Shown: positions 31,562 through 37,878 of the stretch, in pieces | Numbering within the stretch: position 1 is the stretch's first letter | How the letters are laid out: each line of letters starts with the position of its first letter | Source of the DNA: a virus | Strand: one strand, 5' to 3' | DNA: 64,000 bases | Virus record (IMG/VR): IMGVR_UViG_3300020200_000009 | Span: 25,744-89,743 of that record | Notes under the pieces: generated by a model | The model's database searches: none | What the model saw: only the letters and a program-made list of their open reading frames with translations | What the model was told of the DNA's origin: nothing | Made by a program: the position numbers and the translations under genes

Positions 31562-33217
31562 ATGTCATTTTCAAAATTTATGTCCGAGGAAGGTGCGGAC
31601 AGAATTAAAGATCGTAGACTTGAAAGAGGTGGCATGGATGGCAATACACGATATCCTACAAAACCGTCTACATCTGCACCACAATCTGATGCTGATAGAA
31701 AAGCAGCAATGGATAAGCATAGACAGACTGCCAATGACGCACTAGCTGCAGTGAGAGCATCAATAGCAAAAAAGTATGGTAGTAAAGCTCTCCTTCCTAA
31801 TAGAAGTGAAGAAACAGTCTTTGAAAAACTTGGACTGTGGGACCGCATCCATGCTAAAAGAAAGCGTGGAGAACGTCCAGCCAGACCAGGTGAAAAAGAT
31901 TATCCAAAAACTTTAAACGTTGAAGCAAGAGTAGATGATAGGATTCCAGAATGGAAAAGATCTGCTGCTAGAACTGATAGATATGGTAATCCACATGGTT
32001 CTGTGGGCAGTGGACCTCAGAGAGATCGTAGAGCAGAGCATGAAGAAAGAAGAGGTGTCAAGACTAAGGGGTCTAGGGTTACAGAAGACACTATTCAGGA
32101 AGATGAGTATCGTAGATTAATGGCGCAAGAGCGTCGGGATGAGCGAAATAGAGAACAAGCGCGTGCTGGTCGCAAGAGCATTACTCCTGGGGTCCGAGCC
32201 GCCAGTGCTGGTAGAGACTATGCTAATAGCAATATCAAATTTCATGCCAAAGTAACTGGTAAGACGACAACAACTGAAGAGTCTTTACATGAAGCAGGTG
32301 GTCGCCAGGGCGGCGGCACAATTCGACCACCAAAACCAGGCAAAAAACCAGTAGAAACTCAACCAACTAATCGTGGTGCTATCCGCTTCGGAAAAGTTAA
32401 TTCTTCTTATGCACCAGAAGGTGAGGTTATTGATGAAGCAGGTGACTATTGGCATCCAGATCCAGAAAAAGATAAGAAAATTAGTGGTGCTGGAAATAAA
32501 CTTCGTGCACGTGAAGATCAAGCAGCTTCTCAACAACCAAAAGAAGACCCTAAGAAACTACGTCCTGGGGAATCTTACTCAGATTATTCTAATAGAATAC
32601 AAGGAAAGACTAAACCACAACCCGTAGCAAAACCTTCTCTTTCAGATAGAATAAAAAATAAACTTGGTAAAGTAATTGATAAAGTCGGAGGTATTAAAAC
32701 CGAAGGTTGTATTACATATCGGGATTTTATCTTAGAGGGTAATCGCACTGCTCGTATGCTGCATAAATCAAACACTAAAGTCACAGGTCATATTTCTGCA
32801 GATCGTGGCAACGATGAGAGTAAGAATCGTGAAGGTCGTAAGACTCTTGAGAAAGACCTTAAGAAGCACGGCATTGGACATAAGAAAGGTGTAGGTGAAT
32901 ATAAGTATGACAGTGGAGAAACTGGTAGAGAAGTTTCCTATCAAACATCTAAACCAGATAAAATGTCTAAGCGTAGATTTGGAAAGGTAATGCGTCGTCT
33001 TGGTCGTAAACATGGTCAGGAATCTGTTATTACAAAAGATTCCAGCAAACCTGCTAAACTACATTACACTGAGAAAGGTAGTAAAGCAAAGTCTGACTCT
33101 ATTGGCAAATCTAAAGCTGGCAAGCACCCCGAAGGCTATGGTGAAACATCTGGCACTAAGGTGAGAGGCGGCAAACTTCCTGCTAAAACAACTAAAGGGT
33201 CTTATCATTATGGATGA
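31562..33217 (+). CDS. Highly basic modular protein; putative internal head (poly)protein
   Basis: Late promoter GATAAATA near 31529. Likely start MSFSKFMSEE (track start 31550). K/R-rich modules separated by hydrophobic-X-Glu motifs. Confidence 0.6.
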   Translation: MSFSKFMSEEGADRIKDRRLERGGMDGNTRYPTKPSTSAPQSDADRKAAMDKHRQTANDALAAVRASIAKKYGSKALLPNRSEETVFEKLGLWDRIHAKRKRGERPARPGEKDYPKTLNVEARVDDRIPEWKRSAARTDRYGNPHGSVGSGPQRDRRAEHEERRGVKTKGSRVTEDTIQEDEYRRLMAQERRDERNREQARAGRKSITPGVRAASAGRDYANSNIKFHAKVTGKTTTTEESLHEAGGRQGGGTIRPPKPGKKPVETQPTNRGAIRFGKVNSSYAPEGEVIDEAGDYWHPDPEKDKKISGAGNKLRAREDQAASQQPKEDPKKLRPGESYSDYSNRIQGKTKPQPVAKPSLSDRIKNKLGKVIDKVGGIKTEGCITYRDFILEGNRTARMLHKSNTKVTGHISADRGNDESKNREGRKTLEKDLKKHGIGHKKGVGEYKYDSGETGREVSYQTSKPDKMSKRRFGKVMRRLGRKHGQESVITKDSSKPAKLHYTEKGSKAKSDSIGKSKAGKHPEGYGETSGTKVRGGKLPAKTTKGSYHYG

Positions 33218-33356
33218 AAAACATCAATTTTCAGAAGATTTGAAATGTAAATTCTGTGGAATAACTCCACCCAAAGGACATTGGAGACCTAATACTTGGT
33301 TACAAAAACATGAGGAGAATTGTCCTCTTAATCCATCGCTTGCAGACAAACAATGA
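33210..33356 (+). CDS. 48-aa putative zinc-finger micro-protein (not in the ORF track)
   Basis: Translates as MDEKHQFSEDLKCKFCGITPPKGHWRPNTWLQKHEENCPLNPSLADKQ. CxxC...HxxxC motif. Overlaps the upstream stop and shares ATGA with the next gene. Confidence 0.65.
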   Translation: MDEKHQFSEDLKCKFCGITPPKGHWRPNTWLQKHEENCPLNPSLADKQ

Positions 33357-33937
33357 ATACTTTTCAAGAGTTTATAACAGTTACTGAAGGTCTTGATATG
33401 AAGACCTTCAAAGCAAATCGTAGAAAAGCACAGAGAACTGCTGCAACTGCTGATGCTCGTAAGAGAGGGCACGAAGGACACGAATGGCACAATACTGGAA
33501 GAACTTATAGTCCAGATGAAGCAAAGTCTCGTCGTGCAAATATGTCCGATGATGATAGAGCAGCAAGACACCGTGCTGCTGTAGATCCTGATGATGATCG
33601 TGATGAGAATACATACTCAGCAACTAAGACTAAGAATCCTAGGAAGCAACGTAAGCAGGCTGCCATGGGGGAGGGTGTGACTTACCGCGACTTCATTACA
33701 GAAGTTGCAGCGTGGCAACGTAAAGAAGGTAAGAACAAAACAGGTGGACTTAACGAAATAGGACGCAAATCTTACGAGGCAGAAAATCCTGGGTCGGATT
33801 TAAAACCACCCCAACCTGGTGGTGGTCCACGTAAGAGGTCATTCTGTGCCCGTATGGGTGGGGTGAAGGGACCGATGAAAGATGAAAAAGGTCGCCCAAC
33901 AAGAAAAGCACTAGCACTAAGAAAGTGGAAATGCTGA
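33353..33937 (+). CDS. Basic two-module protein, putative internal head protein; C-terminal module resembles DUF6321
   Basis: Starts MNTFQEFITVTE; internal VTYRDFITE; C-terminal AWQRKEGKN..GGLN..GR...RKRSFCARM...ALRKWKC. Confidence 0.65.
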   Translation: MNTFQEFITVTEGLDMKTFKANRRKAQRTAATADARKRGHEGHEWHNTGRTYSPDEAKSRRANMSDDDRAARHRAAVDPDDDRDENTYSATKTKNPRKQRKQAAMGEGVTYRDFITEVAAWQRKEGKNKTGGLNEIGRKSYEAENPGSDLKPPQPGGGPRKRSFCARMGGVKGPMKDEKGRPTRKALALRKWKC

Positions 33938-34006
33938 CATAGTATCATTAGATATATTTTAATTCTATTAAATAGTGATATACTTTCAGTAGTTGCTTGA
34001 TACAAT

Positions 34007-34234
34007 ATGGTAACATTTTATTTTACTCTCGCTATCATAGTATTATTGCTTTGGTATGGGGGATTAGACGGCACTCTGCGATTATTTGCATATGTCGATT
34101 TGCAAATAAGATATGCTGGTATTCAAGCACAACTGTCATGGATGCGTTGGAAACTTAAGAAGCAACTTATTAAGGATACAACAGAATTCCAAAAGTTTCT
34201 TCAAAAAGAGGACAAATATGAAAGAAATATCTAA
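34007..34234 (+). CDS. Small membrane-anchored hypothetical protein
   Basis: N-terminal hydrophobic segment; late-promoter-like TTAAATA upstream. Confidence 0.6.
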   Translation: MVTFYFTLAIIVLLLWYGGLDGTLRLFAYVDLQIRYAGIQAQLSWMRWKLKKQLIKDTTEFQKFLQKEDKYERNI

Positions 34235-34478
34235 TCTTTCTATAGAAAGAAAAGAATGTGAAAGATGTGGTGCAATATGGATGAATGGAGAACACTACTG
34301 GTCTGGCACAGGAAAGAAAGGTAATGAATTAGATCTTGCTGGGTTAGTTTGTAATTCAATAAAAGCACCAGAATGTATAAATCCTAGTTTAGGAAAAAAC
34401 GGGGGCGACACCTGGGAGAAAAGATTGACAGATTTAAATAATGACCATCCATTCAATCACCAGTCAACAATTAAATAA
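34218..34478 (+). CDS. Cys-rich cyanophage hypothetical protein
   Basis: GAGGA SD before the ATG at 34218; CERCGAIW...HYWSGTGK.GNELDLAGLVCN...CINP. Confidence 0.7.
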   Translation: MKEISNLSIERKECERCGAIWMNGEHYWSGTGKKGNELDLAGLVCNSIKAPECINPSLGKNGGDTWEKRLTDLNNDHPFNHQSTIK

Positions 34479-34515
34479 TCCTATATATTAATACTGGCAT
34501 ACAAGGAGATGGAGG

Positions 34516-34632
34516 ATGTCCAAGTCCCCAAACAAAGGTAAAAAGGGTTCTCCTGGAGGTCAAAAGAACTCCAAACAGAATCAAGGAAATGCTACTGCTA
34601 AGAAAGCAAAGAATGGTGGCAAGAAAAAATGA
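34516..34632 (+). CDS. 38-aa Lys/Gly-rich basic peptide (not in the ORF track)
   Basis: AAGGAG/GGAGG SD-like sequences upstream; MSKSPNKGKKGSPGGQKNSKQNQGNATAKKAKNGGKKK; ATGA overlap with the next ORF. Confidence 0.6.
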   Translation: MSKSPNKGKKGSPGGQKNSKQNQGNATAKKAKNGGKKK

Positions 34633-34841
34633 TTCCTCTAATCCTGGCATCAATTTTTACAGCTACTCCCATGGGACCTGGACAGGTACCTCACTTTATG
34701 AGAACTTGTGATAGAATACGTATTCATGATGCTAAGTCAGGCACCAATTGGATTCTTTGTATCAACGGTGTTTATCAGTTTCCTAAAAACGGAAAACCTC
34801 AGGACAGGAGTTTGCCACAACATAAACAACAATTAATTTAA
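34629..34841 (+). CDS. Small hypothetical protein with hydrophobic N-terminus
   Basis: 70-aa ORF coupled to the upstream peptide; contains a Cys pair. Confidence 0.55.
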   Translation: MIPLILASIFTATPMGPGQVPHFMRTCDRIRIHDAKSGTNWILCINGVYQFPKNGKPQDRSLPQHKQQLI

Positions 34842-34845
34842 TAGT

Positions 34846-35001
34846 ATGAACTATATTGTATTTGCTATTGTTGGGATGGTAGAGACTGGACCGAATGTAT
34901 GTAAGATTGATTACTTACGTTATGTTGATGTTGCGTCAGTAACCATTCCTTGCAATGTCATCAAACTAAATACTATACAGGACCCAGGACAAAAGAAATG
35001 A
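34846..35001 (+). CDS. 51-aa hypothetical protein (not in the ORF track)
   Basis: MNYIVFAIVGMVETGPNVCKIDYLRYVDVASVTIPCNVIKLNTIQDPGQKK; fills the gap and shares ATGA with the next gene. Confidence 0.55.
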   Translation: MNYIVFAIVGMVETGPNVCKIDYLRYVDVASVTIPCNVIKLNTIQDPGQKK

Positions 35002-35267
35002 GATTAAAAATTATAGGAACAGAGGTAGCTTTAGCAACCACAGCAGCAGCAGCAAGCGACTTTAGTAACGCAAGAGAAGTTCGTCTTGTGCATGACGCTA
35101 CTGCTGCTACAACTCATTTAGTGACAATCACCGATTCTAGTGGCACTACATTGGCAACTTTTAGTATGCCAGCATCAAATGTTGTTGTTATTAGAAAAGA
35201 GCCAACCCATAAAATTTTTGCTTCTAATGATGATATTAGAGGAGTAGCAGTTTCATACGTCTCGTAA
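34998..35267 (+). CDS. Small beta-rich hypothetical protein, probably virion-associated
   Basis: Start MRLKIIGTE at 34998, downstream of a CTAAATA late-like motif near 34966. Confidence 0.65.
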   Translation: MRLKIIGTEVALATTAAAASDFSNAREVRLVHDATAATTHLVTITDSSGTTLATFSMPASNVVVIRKEPTHKIFASNDDIRGVAVSYVS

Positions 35268-35273
35268 TAAAAC

Positions 35274-35897
35274 ATGATTGATAATGCGATTATGCTTGAT
35301 AAGCGTAATCAAGTTGTGGTAATTGATAACTTGTTTACACTTGCAGAAATTGAATACATCCATGAGTATTTTTTAAAATTCGATGGGTGGCAGTTTATTT
35401 TCGATGATTCTCCAGAAGACGATACTGCATATTATTCCTTGGGTAGAGTAGTAGACCAACCAAACTTTGGTGAGTTTGAAAATTTTTGCATTGATTATGC
35501 ATTTAAACGAGCGGGAATTCCTATACCAAAATTTCACCGTTGCGTACATAATGCATTTAGATTTGGAGATACTGCTGGACTTCACGTAGATGGAGAGCAT
35601 CTAGATGCTCTCAGTTTTTTGATATACGGTAATAAAGAGTGGCACCACAGTTGGGGTGGTGAAACAGTTTTTATGCTTAACAATGAAATATCAGATATTG
35701 TAATCCCCAAACCTGGAAGGTGTGTCGTTTTTCCTGGTTTAGTTTTACACGGGGCAAAACCACTATCGAAAATTCATAAGTTTCCTGCTAGATATAGTGC
35801 TGTCTTCCAATACTGTCCAGGTCAAGAAGACGCAGTGTTAGCACATGCTGCTACACAACCAAAAAATACTAGAACATTTCCTCATGTCTCAACCTGA
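35274..35897 (+). CDS. 2OG-Fe(II) oxygenase (prolyl-hydroxylase-like)
   Basis: HVD...WGGET.F...PKPGR.VVFPG...H...R facial-triad pattern. Confidence 0.85.
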   Translation: MIDNAIMLDKRNQVVVIDNLFTLAEIEYIHEYFLKFDGWQFIFDDSPEDDTAYYSLGRVVDQPNFGEFENFCIDYAFKRAGIPIPKFHRCVHNAFRFGDTAGLHVDGEHLDALSFLIYGNKEWHHSWGGETVFMLNNEISDIVIPKPGRCVVFPGLVLHGAKPLSKIHKFPARYSAVFQYCPGQEDAVLAHAATQPKNTRTFPHVST

Positions 35898-37536
35898 TAT
35901 TTACTTAGGCAATCCTAATCTTAAGCGGGTTAATGTTGCACAAAATTTTACACCAGATGAAGTAAAGGAGTATATTAGGTGTAGTAAAGATCCAGTTTAC
36001 TTTATAAAAAAATACATTAAGATTATTTCGCTTGATAGAGGTTTGATTCCTTTTGAGATGTATGACTTTCAATCTGATATGGTTGAGAAGTTTCATGAGA
36101 ATAGATTTAATATTGCAAAACTACCTCGACAGTCTGGAAAGTCCACAGTAGTTACTGCATATCTACTTTGGTATTCTCTTTTCAATGCAAACTCAAACAT
36201 TGCTATCCTTGCTAACAAAGCAGCAACAGCAAGAGAAATGTTACAACGTTTACAACTATCATATGAAAACCTCCCAAAATGGATGCAGCAAGGAGTTGTC
36301 AACTGGAACAGAGGTAGTCTGGAATTGGAAAATGGAAGCAAAATCATGGCTGCTTCTACTTCTGCATCTGCTGTCCGTGGTATGTCCTTTAATATTATAT
36401 TTTTGGACGAATTCGCGTTTATTCCGACGCACATTGCTGATGAGTTTTTTAGCTCTGTGTATCCTACTATTTCCTCTGGTACATCTACTAAGGTCATAAT
36501 CATTTCTACACCGAAGGGAATGAATATGTTTTATAAACTTTGGCATGATGCGGAATTGAGTAGAAATGAATATGTTACTACTGAAGTGCATTGGTCTCAG
36601 GTGCCTGGGAGAGACTCTGACTGGAAAGAACAAACAATCCGAAATACTTCAGAAGAGCAATTTAATCAGGAATTTGAGTGCGAATTTTTAGGGTCTGTTA
36701 ATACTCTTATTACATCTGCTAAGTTGAAGACCTTAGTATATGACACACCAATTACATCTAATGCTGGATTAGATGTATACGAAGACCCAGAAGAAGACCA
36801 CACATATGTTATGACTGTAGACGTTGCACGAGGACTGACAAAAGATTACTCAGCATTCTGTGTGATTGATACAACCACTATCCCATATAAATTAGTAGCA
36901 AAATATCGCAACAACAAGATTAAACCATTGCTATTTCCAAACGTAATCAATGATGTAGCAAGAGCATATAACCATGCGTATGTCATGGTAGAAGTTAATG
37001 ATATTGGTGGGCAGGTAGCGGACACACTTCAGTTTGACTTAGAGTATGATAACTTATTAATGTCTTCCATGAGGGGCAGAGCTGGACAAGTAGTAGGGCA
37101 AGGATTTTCTGGGTCAAAAGTGCAATTAGGAGTTAAGATGTCCACAGCAGTTAAAAAAACTGGATGTGCAAACATGAAACAATTGGTCGAAGATGATAAA
37201 CTAGTCTTTACTGACTATGATATTATTTCAGAGTTAACTACCTTTATTCAAAGAGGTCCAGCGTGGGAAGCAGAAGAAGGGTGTAATGATGACCTTGCAA
37301 TGTGTCTTGTAATTTTTAGTTGGTTAGCAACTTCAGATTACTTTAAAGAATTACATAATGATGATGTCCGTAAGAGAATGTATCTTGAGCAAAAAGAAGC
37401 AATCGAAGCAGATATGTCACCTTTTGGATTTATCGATGATGGGATTAGTGGAGACACTACATTTGTAGATGAAGATGGTCAAGTCTGGCATACTCCAGAG
37501 TATGGGGATATGGCATACATGTGGGAATATAGATGA
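35884..37536 (+). CDS. gp17: Terminase large subunit gp17
   Basis: YLGNPNLK, Walker A LPRQSGKST, IIFLDEFAF, nuclease DVARG...DYSAF and NDDLAM. Confidence 0.97.
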   Translation: MSQPDIYLGNPNLKRVNVAQNFTPDEVKEYIRCSKDPVYFIKKYIKIISLDRGLIPFEMYDFQSDMVEKFHENRFNIAKLPRQSGKSTVVTAYLLWYSLFNANSNIAILANKAATAREMLQRLQLSYENLPKWMQQGVVNWNRGSLELENGSKIMAASTSASAVRGMSFNIIFLDEFAFIPTHIADEFFSSVYPTISSGTSTKVIIISTPKGMNMFYKLWHDAELSRNEYVTTEVHWSQVPGRDSDWKEQTIRNTSEEQFNQEFECEFLGSVNTLITSAKLKTLVYDTPITSNAGLDVYEDPEEDHTYVMTVDVARGLTKDYSAFCVIDTTTIPYKLVAKYRNNKIKPLLFPNVINDVARAYNHAYVMVEVNDIGGQVADTLQFDLEYDNLLMSSMRGRAGQVVGQGFSGSKVQLGVKMSTAVKKTGCANMKQLVEDDKLVFTDYDIISELTTFIQRGPAWEAEEGCNDDLAMCLVIFSWLATSDYFKELHNDDVRKRMYLEQKEAIEADMSPFGFIDDGISGDTTFVDEDGQVWHTPEYGDMAYMWEYR

Positions 37537-37537
37537 T

Positions 37538-37783
37538 ATGACAGAAGAGTTTGGTATAGACCTAGAGCACTTTCTTTTTGTAGACCGACAGTGTAGGAAA
37601 TGTCTACGTATTATGTCACTGGTAGATAATTTTTATTTGACAAGAAAAGATAGAGGATCTAATCCATCAGCATACTCATATGTGTGTAAAGAGTGCACCA
37701 TAAAAAGAGTATCTAAAACTTACCGAGCGGGAATAAAGCATAAAAAAGAAGTATGTATTGATGAAAATTATCCCGATTGGTAA
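37538..37783 (+). CDS. Small CxxC...CxxC zinc-binding hypothetical protein
   Basis: RQCRKC...FYLTRKDRG..PSAYSYVCKEC; sits between gp17 and gp18. Confidence 0.7.
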   Translation: MTEEFGIDLEHFLFVDRQCRKCLRIMSLVDNFYLTRKDRGSNPSAYSYVCKECTIKRVSKTYRAGIKHKKEVCIDENYPDW

Positions 37784-37829
37784 TATTTTTTTATTCACGT
37801 CATATTTCCCCTCTGTAAACATAGAAAAT

Positions 37830-37837
37830 TCTAAATA
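37830..37837 (+). promoter_or_regulatory. Late promoter variant (TCTAAATA) for gp18
   Basis: The same CTAAATA variant precedes the genes at 7200, 8827 and 43063. Confidence 0.55.
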
Positions 37838-37878
37838 GTTTCAGCATCCAATGATTGAATCTATCAAGGAGATTACAG

